Of a stretch of DNA of 64,000 nucleotides, positions 37,349 to 47,096 are shown in pieces; positions within the stretch are counted from its first letter, which is position 1; each line of letters begins with the position of its first letter. Position numbers and translations under genes: made by a program. Below the pieces are notes generated by a model. That model was not told the origin of the DNA and searched no databases. It was given only the letters and a program-made list of their open reading frames with translations. The DNA is from Colwellia sp. (GTDB taxonomy: Bacteria > Pseudomonadota > Gammaproteobacteria > Enterobacterales > Alteromonadaceae). The DNA lies in contig JABSOW010000018.1 in the NCBI GenBank assembly GCA_013215465.1, forward strand, positions 6,174 to 70,173. Reading direction: 5' to 3'.

Positions 37349-38812
37349 CTACTGGACTATTTTTATCCAATCTCCTGCAGTAGGCTCACCTCTGGGATAT
37401 AAGCCATTAATTAGTCTGAGTTGCTGAGCAGCATAAGAGCCAATTTTCATATGCTTGGCCAGCTCATCAATGCGTGTTCTATCATTGGCTTTAACGTAGT
37501 GAAGTGTTTTCGATTTTTTTCGCTTAGACTGAGTTCTTTCAGGTCTGAAACTACGAATGCTTTTTAAAAAAAGCTGGTCATAATCAATATTTTCTTGCGC
37601 GTTAAGTACACTTGCATCCAGTAAATAAACTCTACTTCCCTGATATAAAACGGCAACTCGGCGTTGATAATTTCCTTGTTCATCATTGATGATACCGGTA
37701 TGACCAACCAAACCATATTGTGAAAAACTTTCTGAGCGTTGCAATATTTTAACATTCATCGCTTTACGAAGAAAATCACCTGGTGCTATGCCTTTAACAT
37801 TACGACTAACCATTAACTTAATCTCCGCAGACTTATCATCTGGCTGACTCACAATAGCTTGGCGAGTTTTATTTACTGTCCATTGAGCAGGAAATAAAAT
37901 GGAAAATCCAAGTTTTTTATGAATATAACGCCACTTCTCTACTGGCTTAGACTTTGGCATGGCATCATAGTTTATACCATACACTAAACCATCAATATGC
38001 TGTCGATAGGCTTCTCTGTTGGCTGAATCATCGATATTACTAGGGAACTCTCCAGCTTTAGCGATAATTTCATTTAGACGAATGTCATTGCGTGGGTGTG
38101 AAGCAAAAAGACCATGATAAGATTTCGTTTTTTTTCCTTCATTTTTCGCACGATATCGGGAAAATTTTTCCTGATCTTTCAATATTCCTATCGTTTCCAC
38201 CATCGCATGAGGATCATAACCACTATTAAACAGATATTCCGCGCCAAACCCGTCAGCTTCTAATTCCATTTCACGCCCATATCCTTTAACTGCTGCCGTA
38301 CTCATTAAATTGGTCACATCACCTAACACCATGCTGCCTGTAGTAAAAATCGACACTATAGATAAGGTACTAGCACCTTTTTTTGCGGTATCTTGGCGAA
38401 CTACATGCCTAGCGGTTACATGAGCAATTTCATGGGCCAATACTGCAGCAAGTTGAGCTTCAGAGTCTAGAAATGCAAGTAAGCCTCTATTGATGTAAAT
38501 ATAGCCACCAGGTAAAGCAAAAGCATTGATATTTGGGGAATCAATAATAGTGAAATGATATTTAATTTCAGGCCTATCACTATTTTTTACAATTTTTTGC
38601 CCTATGCTATCAATGTATGCGGTTAATTTATCATCTTGATAAATTGGCATAGATTTAAGAATTTTTTCATGGAGTTCTTTGCCCATATTAATTTCAGCAC
38701 TTTCAGACATCAATACTAAGTCAGGTGTACCTGTTGCAGGGTTTATTGCACATGATGGTAGCAATGTGATTACGCTGATGAATAAAGCAATCAACAAGAT
38801 TTCTCTTTTCAT
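37349..38812 (-). CDS. M48-family metalloprotease lipoprotein with C-terminal LysM-like domain
   Basis: 487 aa with a lipobox (LLPSC) and an HEIAHV zinc motif. The C-terminal ~45 aa (YVKANDRTRIDELAKHMKI...INGL) is LysM-like. Confidence 0.85.
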   Translation of the reverse strand: MKREILLIALFISVITLLPSCAINPATGTPDLVLMSESAEINMGKELHEKILKSMPIYQDDKLTAYIDSIGQKIVKNSDRPEIKYHFTIIDSPNINAFALPGGYIYINRGLLAFLDSEAQLAAVLAHEIAHVTARHVVRQDTAKKGASTLSIVSIFTTGSMVLGDVTNLMSTAAVKGYGREMELEADGFGAEYLFNSGYDPHAMVETIGILKDQEKFSRYRAKNEGKKTKSYHGLFASHPRNDIRLNEIIAKAGEFPSNIDDSANREAYRQHIDGLVYGINYDAMPKSKPVEKWRYIHKKLGFSILFPAQWTVNKTRQAIVSQPDDKSAEIKLMVSRNVKGIAPGDFLRKAMNVKILQRSESFSQYGLVGHTGIINDEQGNYQRRVAVLYQGSRVYLLDASVLNAQENIDYDQLFLKSIRSFRPERTQSKRKKSKTLHYVKANDRTRIDELAKHMKIGSYAAQQLRLINGLYPRGEPTAGDWIKIVQ

Positions 38813-38873
38813 CTTTTACTCCTCTTTGTATATCAAAAATTCATTTATTGGTTCATACCAAACAAAATAATTA

Positions 38874-39539
38874 TTAATCTGTTTGAAAAAAGCTTTTTAA
38901 CTGATTTCCCATGGCTTTACAGGCATCAGCCTGAACTGGTGCGATGATAGGAATTGGCACCACAATAGCGGGCATATAAGAAGTGCCTTCGGCAACACTG
39001 CTTATTTTGCCAACAAACGTTCTAGTGCGATAATCCCAAATTGATGCTTCGTATTCAGCATTATCATCCCAAGTACCAAAGCCAAAACAGGCAACTCCTG
39101 CGGGTGAAATACCACAACTAATACTGCCACTACCACGAGTTTTTTCCGTATTACCGTCCACCCATACAATATAATGAACATCATAATCGTCGATAATTTC
39201 TGAAACTTTATCGTAAGAAAATAACCTGTGTAGGCCTTTAATATGTGTCGGCGCTGTTCTTGCCTCAAACCATGGATACAAACGGTCAACAAAATCATTT
39301 TCTGGAATTACGTTTATGCCATTTTCTCCTTGGCCAAGCACACTGCCGATACAAGAAATTAATTCTGGTTCAGTCTCATAGTCGCTACCACTTCGCCGAC
39401 CAATAACAACTATCGAATCTTTTGCATTCAATGTGCTAGCTTGATGTTTTACTTCATCAACGATTACAGTGGTACAGCCAGAGATAAGCCACACATACAG
39501 TAAGAAATAAATAAGTTGAGTTGTTTGTTTGAAGTTCAT
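38874..39539 (-). CDS. Hypothetical lipoprotein (last gene of the 12-gene operon)
   Basis: 221 aa with a lipobox LISGC. Starts 11 nt downstream of the preceding gene. Confidence 0.6.
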   Translation of the reverse strand: MNFKQTTQLIYFLLYVWLISGCTTVIVDEVKHQASTLNAKDSIVVIGRRSGSDYETEPELISCIGSVLGQGENGINVIPENDFVDRLYPWFEARTAPTHIKGLHRLFSYDKVSEIIDDYDVHYIVWVDGNTEKTRGSGSISCGISPAGVACFGFGTWDDNAEYEASIWDYRTRTFVGKISSVAEGTSYMPAIVVPIPIIAPVQADACKAMGNQLKSFFQTD

Positions 39540-39550
39540 AAAATTAACTC

Positions 39551-40315
39551 CTATAAATAGCCAAAGTTCAATGAATTATTTGCCAATTGCACAGTAATTA
39601 ATTCCGTTTGAGACTTGTTCTTTTTATAATGTTTTCTTATCTGTGAAATACTATGTTTTTGTTTTAGCCAATTGTTAATCTCAGGTATATGTATGAATCT
39701 CAACGATAGAGCTGCACCTATATCGCGCAAGGCGATAATCATGGCTTCATTAAGCGCTCTCTTTTGAGATTTAAAAAATGCGGTTGGTGTTTTGCCATAT
39801 GCAGTTTGAATCCAATCAGCAATCAACTGCCCCTGATCATCGTAGACTTTCATATTGTATTTGATCCAAACCTCAAACATATTAATGTTAGTTTCATCTG
39901 GAACGTTGTACTGAAATTCTTCCACTTTAGGCTTGAAAAAAAGATCTATGCTAGTGTCCGTTGCCACACTAGGTACGTCAGCAGAAATATTAGTCGCGAG
40001 CTTTTCATTCTTAGTAACAACAACACTTTTAAACATTGCGCTAAGCACGGTATTAAATAATTTTACCTGTGACTTTCCTATACCTATGTCCCACTCATTA
40101 CGTTCTTCATTTTTTTCAATATATCGATAAGAGCGAAATTGCTCTTCATATATGATCCCCACATTCAAAGGTATTATATTAATAACGGGCGTAGGAAAGT
40201 TGCCTTCTACTTCTAAAGTACTTTTACAACTCATTAAACTAAGCAGCAAACTAAGTACTAAACCGAACATCCCTAATCTAGTAACCATAATGAAAATTTT
40301 ATTCAAATAAATCAT
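39551..40315 (-). CDS. Hypothetical lipoprotein
   Basis: 254 aa with a lipobox SLMSC. I recognise no domain. Confidence 0.6.
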   Translation of the reverse strand: MIYLNKIFIMVTRLGMFGLVLSLLLSLMSCKSTLEVEGNFPTPVINIIPLNVGIIYEEQFRSYRYIEKNEERNEWDIGIGKSQVKLFNTVLSAMFKSVVVTKNEKLATNISADVPSVATDTSIDLFFKPKVEEFQYNVPDETNINMFEVWIKYNMKVYDDQGQLIADWIQTAYGKTPTAFFKSQKRALNEAMIIALRDIGAALSLRFIHIPEINNWLKQKHSISQIRKHYKKNKSQTELITVQLANNSLNFGYL

Positions 40316-40336
40316 TGGCGACCTCCGCCTTATTCG

Positions 40337-41344
40337 TTAATTTTGGGGTTGATAATGGTTAAGCCCAACAAAAGTGCCACCATTACGGAAAGTAAGTTCT
40401 CTCATCAATGTTGCAAAGCGAATGCCTGTTCTTTGCAAATTCTTTGGTCGAATAAATTGCACAGGAAAGCCCACCGCATGAATACGTACCAAGCGCTGAT
40501 CATGTTCATTTACCTTATTAATTCTTTCAATGGTCGAGAGTACATTGCTTATTGAGCTTCCGGAAAATTCATCTCCCATCACATAAATACTAATTTTTTT
40601 ATCTTGTGAAAAAAAGGTTCGAATAGCTTTTTGAATTCCCTCGACCGGACTACTATTACTAAACGGATTCCAAGTTCTAAGCCTTTTTATAATGGCATCT
40701 CGTCTTGCTTTAGTATCAGGTATCCACTGTCGACGGTAGTTAGTAAACATGTAATTTCCCATATCATTCATCACCTGAATGCCTTTAACTTTAGGGTAAA
40801 TATTTAATGTTGCGACTATTTCTTCTAACATCCTGTCCCAGCCGTAATTAAACATGCTGCCAGAAGTATCAATAATAAAAATTAAGTATTCACTATCAAC
40901 GGGAATTCCGCCAATAAAGTCATTTTTACTGGTATAATTCTCTCCCAATAAACGTTCCATTTCTACGGTAAGCTCTTGTAATGCAATGGCTAATTTACCT
41001 TTTTCTTTGTGGCTAAAAGAAGCCGCTTTTGACATTTGTGCATATTGTGCTTGTATCGTTGCCAAACGCGTTCTTAGAATAGCTACCCGCTTCTTTTCAT
41101 GATCTATTTGTTCATGTTTTGCCGTTAAATCTCTGTTAAAAATAATAGACTCACCTCGAACCTCAAATAAGGTTTGTTGTAAATTTTTTATTTGACCATC
41201 AAGGTTTTGGGTCGATTCTTCTAACACTATCGGCCCGACAGTTTTTGTGATCATTAACAGTAAAATAATCGCACCAAAGCCACAGCAAATAACATCTAAA
41301 AATGCGATGGAAAATTCGTCTGTTCCTCTCTTATTCCTTTTCAT
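40337..41344 (-). CDS. MotB-like single-TM protein with coiled coil and VWA domain (paralog 2)
   Basis: I chose the internal start MKRNKRG (41344; AGGGGA RBS; 8 nt after the upstream stop). Has a TM helix FSIAFLDVICCGFGAIILLLMI with an embedded Asp, ~110 aa of heptad-rich sequence, and a VWA domain with DTSGSM. Confidence 0.7.
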   Translation of the reverse strand: MKRNKRGTDEFSIAFLDVICCGFGAIILLLMITKTVGPIVLEESTQNLDGQIKNLQQTLFEVRGESIIFNRDLTAKHEQIDHEKKRVAILRTRLATIQAQYAQMSKAASFSHKEKGKLAIALQELTVEMERLLGENYTSKNDFIGGIPVDSEYLIFIIDTSGSMFNYGWDRMLEEIVATLNIYPKVKGIQVMNDMGNYMFTNYRRQWIPDTKARRDAIIKRLRTWNPFSNSSPVEGIQKAIRTFFSQDKKISIYVMGDEFSGSSISNVLSTIERINKVNEHDQRLVRIHAVGFPVQFIRPKNLQRTGIRFATLMRELTFRNGGTFVGLNHYQPQN

Positions 41345-41352
41345 TAAATCCC

Positions 41353-42429
41353 CTATGGCCAATCTTTTGATGGGCTCATAAAAGAACCTGCGGTCAATTG
41401 AGCCAATTTCCAAAATAATGAAGCGGCCATAGGATCTCCTTCCATTGGCCATAGTAAAATATTTACTGGGATACCTTGTGGCAAAGCGTCTATTGCTAAG
41501 GCAAATAATTTCTCTCTTTCAACGCCACTGATAATATGGTTATTGCTCGGTGTTATACCTTGGGTTGGCAGCCCATCTGTTATTAAGATAATATTATCTG
41601 GCAGGGGATCTAAGAAATGAATGCTTAGAAAAGCACGCTCTAAACTGGTACCGCCATGAGGTATAATTTCATGTAAATTTTTAATGCTATCGTTTAGTTG
41701 CTGTTGATTATCAACCGACAGCCATTTAATCACAGCGCCTTGTTTGGCTGCTTTGACTTCAGTATTGAAGACAAACAATTGAAATTGACTATTTAAGGAA
41801 AACTTGGCAATTAACCACTCTACCGTTTTGATAGCTCGTTGCCACTTTTTCGACTGTTTTCTTAGCTGTTCGGTCATGTTTCTACGGCGAATAATATTAA
41901 CAATGCGGCTATCGAGCATACTGGCAGAGCCATCAAGTAATATCAAAGTACGGCTACCACCAAGCCTTAGCCCAGTTAAATATTGACGGTCTCCCTGCCC
42001 AGCAAACCTTCGGGCATTATTACCTTTAGCCTGCTCGTCTGCCAATTTTTTCCTTTCAAGCATTAAGGTTTTCAGCTGTTCTTCCATTTTTACAATTTGC
42101 TGATCGTCACTTTCCTCCGATAATTTTGTTACTTTATTATCAATAGCGTCGATTTCATCATTTATTCGTCGCGCCAAACCGCTACTTTCAACTAACTCTT
42201 GGTCGAGTAAAGACAGGGTGTTTTTAATTTTTACTAAGTGTTTTTCGCCGATAATTATTTCTTCATTTAATAAATTAACTTCCGCCTTTAAGTCCAAGTT
42301 TTGCTCTTCAACTTGACTATTCATATCGTGTTTGATAATTAAAAACACTAAAATAACGGCACCAAAACCGCAGGACATTATGTCTAGAAATGAAAGGCTA
42401 AAAGTCGAGAACTTTCTTTTATTGGTCAT
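41353..42429 (-). CDS. MotB-like single-TM protein with coiled coil and VWA domain (paralog 1)
   Basis: 358 aa. TM helix FSLSFLDIMSCGFGAVILVFLII (compare MotB YADFMTAMMAFF), a coiled coil, and a VWA domain with complete MIDAS residues (DGSASM, GGTS, ITDG). Confidence 0.75.
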   Translation of the reverse strand: MTNKRKFSTFSLSFLDIMSCGFGAVILVFLIIKHDMNSQVEEQNLDLKAEVNLLNEEIIIGEKHLVKIKNTLSLLDQELVESSGLARRINDEIDAIDNKVTKLSEESDDQQIVKMEEQLKTLMLERKKLADEQAKGNNARRFAGQGDRQYLTGLRLGGSRTLILLDGSASMLDSRIVNIIRRRNMTEQLRKQSKKWQRAIKTVEWLIAKFSLNSQFQLFVFNTEVKAAKQGAVIKWLSVDNQQQLNDSIKNLHEIIPHGGTSLERAFLSIHFLDPLPDNIILITDGLPTQGITPSNNHIISGVEREKLFALAIDALPQGIPVNILLWPMEGDPMAASLFWKLAQLTAGSFMSPSKDWP

Positions 42430-42434
42430 ATTAA

Positions 42435-43784
42435 TTACATTTCCTCTTCAACTTTGATGAGCACAAAACATGCCTTATTTTTACCGTCAGTTTGCTTGAT
42501 GGTTATTTGATCACCTTGTAAAACAATTTGACCGTCAATTGCCGGTTGATCATTTAAAAATACCTTTTGTGTATTTAAATGTGCATCAGTTAAGTGTGCA
42601 TTGGTTAGGTTTAATTGCCATTTAGCTGCGTTAGGCGCTAACACTATGGATGCAGACTGAGCCACTAGCGGTGCAATTCTTCCTTTTTGCAAACATGACA
42701 AAGACAATGAATGATCGTTAAGGGGGAAAGCTCTACCGTCTAAGAGGATGTGTGATATCTCATATTTATTTGCTAACGAATTGTTTATTGACTGTTTAGC
42801 GGCTTCAGGCTGAGTTTTAGTTTCTTTAACTAACGGTAAACGGGTAACTAAAAATACGCCATTATCATTAGAAAAATTAGCCATATTGGCTGTCACAAGG
42901 GAGTATATACAAGCATCATTTAATAAATGTACCGTGTCGCTAGCAAATAAGTTAGGACATAAATTCGCAAAGCGTGAAGTGATAAATAGTGGAATGTTTT
43001 TATCACTGCGCTTGCTACAGCTTGCGAGTAATTCAGTGAAAAATTCTTCTATTTGCTGATTAATGTCTTTTTGAGCAACATTAATGCTTTTACCATCAAT
43101 GATAAGCTCGAAGTAGTTTTGAGAGTTTTTAATTAATTTCGATAATTGATTATATAACTGCTGCTCGGTTACCGCGCTATAAAATGCATCTAAACGATGT
43201 TCTTTAATTAATTGATGATTCAACCATTGGGCAAGTTGTTCATATAAATCATAAAATCCTTTGTGGGTAAATTGGTCCATATTACCGAGTGAAACATCAT
43301 GGTTAACTAATAATTCAGTTAAACTGCTATGATGCAAACTTATATCTAAAATAGCATATCTTCCAACATTATAACGATGTTCAAATCGTACTAGCGTCTT
43401 ATTTACCAGGCCTAAGACATTAAGATGACAACTTTGTGCAATACCTAATAATAATGACAATTGCTCTTGATTATAGGAACTTGGCACCACAAATATGACA
43501 TCTGAGCAATGATCCACATGACTAACCAAATTTTGTAATTGCATATAAGCTAAATCGGCAAAATTATTAATATAGTTATTATCACAATGTACTTCTTCAT
43601 AGCTTAAACGTTGCCAATAATGACAAAAACTGGCTTGGGGTGAAATACGGGCTTGTAACCAAGCTTCTTCACCAAAAACGACACTATCTTTGGTTATTTG
43701 CGCAAATCCTAGTTCACTATAATGTGAATGTTTTTGCCTTACGGTCAATTGATAATCATTAAGCTCAATGATGGTTAACGGCAT
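42435..43784 (-). CDS. Degenerate Hsp70/actin-fold-like cytoplasmic protein
   Basis: 449 aa with no signal peptide. DVIFVVPSSYNQEQLSLLLGIAQSCHLNVLGLVNKTL resembles the Hsp70 block VITVPAYFND.QR.AT.DAG.IAGL.V.RIINEPTAA. AILDISLHHSSLTEL resembles the phosphate-2 region, but the DxG motifs are absent. The C-terminal ~70 aa may form a beta-sandwich (weakly FHA-like). Confidence 0.5.
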   Translation of the reverse strand: MPLTIIELNDYQLTVRQKHSHYSELGFAQITKDSVVFGEEAWLQARISPQASFCHYWQRLSYEEVHCDNNYINNFADLAYMQLQNLVSHVDHCSDVIFVVPSSYNQEQLSLLLGIAQSCHLNVLGLVNKTLVRFEHRYNVGRYAILDISLHHSSLTELLVNHDVSLGNMDQFTHKGFYDLYEQLAQWLNHQLIKEHRLDAFYSAVTEQQLYNQLSKLIKNSQNYFELIIDGKSINVAQKDINQQIEEFFTELLASCSKRSDKNIPLFITSRFANLCPNLFASDTVHLLNDACIYSLVTANMANFSNDNGVFLVTRLPLVKETKTQPEAAKQSINNSLANKYEISHILLDGRAFPLNDHSLSLSCLQKGRIAPLVAQSASIVLAPNAAKWQLNLTNAHLTDAHLNTQKVFLNDQPAIDGQIVLQGDQITIKQTDGKNKACFVLIKVEEEM

Positions 43785-44596
43785 TAGTCGGCTCCATCAG
43801 TATCTGTTTTTAAATGATTTAATAAATTGGAATCACAATACTCTTGAGTATTTTGTACTAACCTTTCTTGCATTAATTGCAATTGGTGAGTGAAAAACAT
43901 AATAAAAATACTAATAACAAGTGCAATAAAAGTTGAATTAAAGGCAACACCTAAACTATTTGTCACGCCAATGATATTCCCTTCTACCGCTTGATGAGCT
44001 TGGCCTAATGCTTCTCCAATACCACGTACGGTACCAATAAAACCTATTGAAGGAATTGCCCACGAAATATAGCGAATCATAGCCAACTCACTATCAAGTC
44101 TATCGGCTTCCGAGTCACAAATATCTTTAATAGCTGTGGCTACGGCGGCGACACTAGCAGTCGCAGAAAAACGTTGTAAAGCAATCAGTAAGGTTCTTGG
44201 CGCTAACATTTGCTGCTGCTCTACAGAAAGCTTTTGTAACGGTCTACACAAATTTCGAGCATCTTTTGGTAATATGCTCGCCCCTTCTTGTATGTTTAAC
44301 ATGCTATGTGCAAGCATGTTTTTTTCTTGCACCGATAACCTTGCCTTGTATCCCATGATCATTAATACCCAAAACATTAAAATGAAACAGGTTTCTTGCT
44401 CATAATCTTTCAATACCACATAAATAGATCTTTTATTTGTTACGGTACTGCCAGCAATGAACTGAGCTTGTTGTTGCTTAATAATTGCGTCAGCTTCTGG
44501 ACGGATCATGGTAACGTATGTGGCATGCACTAAAATAATTGCGACAAGAAGAGCCATTAGCTGATAAACAAATTCGGTTCCGGTGGTTCGTTTCAT
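43784..44596 (-). CDS. MotA/TolQ/ExbB-family proton-channel protein
   Basis: 270 aa. TM1 is near the N-terminus, and a C-terminal TM pair (ISWAIPSIGFIGTVRGIGEALG and LGVAFNSTFIALVISIFIMFF) is typical of the family. Its stop overlaps the next start (TAATG). Confidence 0.8.
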   Translation of the reverse strand: MKRTTGTEFVYQLMALLVAIILVHATYVTMIRPEADAIIKQQQAQFIAGSTVTNKRSIYVVLKDYEQETCFILMFWVLMIMGYKARLSVQEKNMLAHSMLNIQEGASILPKDARNLCRPLQKLSVEQQQMLAPRTLLIALQRFSATASVAAVATAIKDICDSEADRLDSELAMIRYISWAIPSIGFIGTVRGIGEALGQAHQAVEGNIIGVTNSLGVAFNSTFIALVISIFIMFFTHQLQLMQERLVQNTQEYCDSNLLNHLKTDTDGAD

Positions 44597-44615
44597 AGTA
44601 CTTTCCTAATATAAA

Positions 44616-44954
44616 TTAAATATCAACGGGGAAGGAAACAGCCAAATCTTCAGAAATAGCTTCGGTTGGAATAAATCGGTCATCGTTATTTTTTTTATTC
44701 GGGGGAACTGTTTCTTTTTTAGTAACTTGTTCCTCTGCTAAGTTGACCTTAGCTGGCAGGATGGCTTGTCTTGGGGCAGTTTTTTGCGCTTTAGTAATCA
44801 TCTGTACAGCCTGTAGGTGATTAAGAGTGATGAGCTGCCAAGCGTTGTTACTATCAGTTTTATCTGTTATTAGGTTATTTTTACCGACAACAAGAAATGA
44901 TGTCGTAATAGCCAATAAAGTAATCAAGGCGGTGTTAAAATAAATTATTTTCAT
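44616..44954 (-). CDS. Small signal-anchored or secreted hypothetical protein
   Basis: 112 aa with an N-terminal hydrophobic segment. Lies inside the operon, 19 nt upstream of the MotA-like gene. Confidence 0.55.
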   Translation of the reverse strand: MKIIYFNTALITLLAITTSFLVVGKNNLITDKTDSNNAWQLITLNHLQAVQMITKAQKTAPRQAILPAKVNLAEEQVTKKETVPPNKKNNDDRFIPTEAISEDLAVSFPVDI

Positions 44955-44987
44955 ACATAGTCCTTAAAGATATTTCTTAAATAAGAC

Positions 44988-47096
44988 TTATTGAGCATAT
45001 CTCGCTATTCTAAACCCTAGATCATTACGTTTGTCATTCCCATAATCACGAAAAGATAAGCGTAATTGAGTTCGACTGCCATAAGCCCAACTAGCCCCGC
45101 GAATAACATGATAATCACCCGTTATCGGGCCCATGGGATCTTTTTCAGCCGCTAGTGATAATCCGGTTTTTATTTGATAAAAATCATGTATCCATTCAGC
45201 CGCATTACCGGATAAATCAAAAATCCCTTTTTTATTGGTTGAAAAGGAGGCTACTGGAGCTGTGGTAATAAAGCTATCATTGTAGGTAGCTTGGATATAA
45301 CCTAATATTGGTGCACCCGCGATATCCGCAATATTTCCAGCATTTTTTTTCGGCGGTAAATTTTTTCCCCACGAATATTTAAGCATCTTCCCATCAGAAT
45401 AACGGGCAATCCATGCCCATTCAGCTTCAGTTGGCAACCGGTAACCATTAGCTTGTTCATTGAAATGGGTGACTTTATCATCGACTATTTGATAGACCTT
45501 AGTTAATTTTTCTTGCTCCGATAACCAATTACAATACTGCGCGGCTTGTAGCCAAGTCATTTTGACTGCTGGTTGTGCTAAACCATTTAAGCTATTGCCC
45601 TTAACATGCCCCGAAGAATGATCTTTGTGAAACTGGCGAAATTCTTTATTGGTGACTTCAGTAAATCCCAAATAGAAAGCCTTACTTAGGTGTATTGTTC
45701 TTTTGACTTCATTGGCACGTCGCCCTTGTTCTCTGCGTGATGCTCCCATAATAAAGGTATCATCGGGTTTAAATAATTTGAGTTTACTACCGGTAGCAGA
45801 AACAATTATTTCTTTGATATTTTCCCATTTAGCTTGTTCTATAGTTTTCAATTGCACTGAAAAAACTTGTTCCATAGAGCTATTTGGTAAAATATTACTC
45901 TGGTAACTTGCATAGCCTTCTTTTTCAATTCTTATTTTTTGTTGTTTAACCGCTATTGTTACACTTTTATTAGCACGTCCCATCAGCCTGTCACCTATAT
46001 ACAACAATGCATCCTCAGGAGAAACATTAAATTTAATGACGCCAACATCCAGCTGTAAAGTGAAGTTTTTTGCAACCTTTGCCCCAGATGGCACCAACAA
46101 GTCGACCGATTGCGACTGGTAGCCATCTTTAAATAATAATAAAGCTTGTTTTATATTAGGTTTTACCTCCGCAGTTATTGGTGTTACCCCCAAATATTGC
46201 TCACCGTAAGTAACACTTATACCCGCAGGCACAGAGGAAATAGAAAGTTTGCCCATTAATTTAAAAAGCTTGGCGAGTGCTAAGCTATGATCTGCACCTG
46301 CGACAACGCTAAGCTCCCTTTCTGTTTGCTGATAACCTGTTTTCTTAAAAAGAAAATTTTGTTCACCTTGTAATATGTCTACATATAAAGGTGTGCTACC
46401 TAAAAGCTTGTCATTATGGTATACCTGAGCGCCTATAGGCTCGGAATTTATACTTACTTTGCCCCAGGCAGGGAGCAAATTAATCGTTAAATTTTGAGTT
46501 TTTTCCATACCACCGATGACAAGATCATTGTGATAAGTAAAATATTTTTCTGATAGTACTGATATCTGGTGCTGACCTGCAGCAAGGTTTTTTATGATAT
46601 TATCTTGCAGTTGTACCGGCTGGTTATCAAGTAAAACCTCAACATCAATATCAGGTTGAATAGCCAACTTTAAATGTCCGGGCAATTTTTTAAAATCAAA
46701 ATTAAGGTGTTGATTCTGTTCTTCCGCCACGATGAATTTTTCATCCAAGGGGTGATATCCCACGGCGTGAGACTTAAACTGGTATTCTCCAGATAACATT
46801 AATAAATGATCGGACATTTTGAAATAAAGCCCCCCTGTTATTATCATTTCATGACTTGTGGGCTCAGTAGTAATAACGACCGATTTAGCACTAACCAAAT
46901 ACCATAAAATCACCACAGCACTGAATAATAAGGTAGCCAATAGATAGAAAACTGGCTGACGTCTTTTCACCACCTTTATTACTTTCCCTGTTGATGGGGA
47001 AAATGCAGCTGCTACTATGGTATTACTGTCTGCATGAATACTTTCTGTAGCAGTAGCTCCATCCGTTTCAACTTTATCATTAAGTAATTTATTCAT
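44988..47096 (-). CDS. Membrane-anchored PEGA-repeat protein with C-terminal FGE-sulfatase (SUMF1-like) domain
   Basis: 702 aa: one TM helix (VFYLLATLLFSAVVILWYLV), at least 5 PEGA-like modules, then FGE-fold motifs (GYRLPTEAEWAWIAR, NAAEW, RGASW, LGFRIAR). Confidence 0.85.
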   Translation of the reverse strand: MNKLLNDKVETDGATATESIHADSNTIVAAAFSPSTGKVIKVVKRRQPVFYLLATLLFSAVVILWYLVSAKSVVITTEPTSHEMIITGGLYFKMSDHLLMLSGEYQFKSHAVGYHPLDEKFIVAEEQNQHLNFDFKKLPGHLKLAIQPDIDVEVLLDNQPVQLQDNIIKNLAAGQHQISVLSEKYFTYHNDLVIGGMEKTQNLTINLLPAWGKVSINSEPIGAQVYHNDKLLGSTPLYVDILQGEQNFLFKKTGYQQTERELSVVAGADHSLALAKLFKLMGKLSISSVPAGISVTYGEQYLGVTPITAEVKPNIKQALLLFKDGYQSQSVDLLVPSGAKVAKNFTLQLDVGVIKFNVSPEDALLYIGDRLMGRANKSVTIAVKQQKIRIEKEGYASYQSNILPNSSMEQVFSVQLKTIEQAKWENIKEIIVSATGSKLKLFKPDDTFIMGASRREQGRRANEVKRTIHLSKAFYLGFTEVTNKEFRQFHKDHSSGHVKGNSLNGLAQPAVKMTWLQAAQYCNWLSEQEKLTKVYQIVDDKVTHFNEQANGYRLPTEAEWAWIARYSDGKMLKYSWGKNLPPKKNAGNIADIAGAPILGYIQATYNDSFITTAPVASFSTNKKGIFDLSGNAAEWIHDFYQIKTGLSLAAEKDPMGPITGDYHVIRGASWAYGSRTQLRLSFRDYGNDKRNDLGFRIARYAQ

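Noticed and set aside
40337-41452. Longest-ORF N-terminal extensions for 40337-41452, 36109-37179, 57181-57975, 11975-12421, 49939-51009 and 16758-17264.
   Set aside because: The extensions overlap the preceding gene or lack an RBS. Internal starts give proper signal peptides, lipoboxes or RBS spacing, so I used the shorter coordinates.
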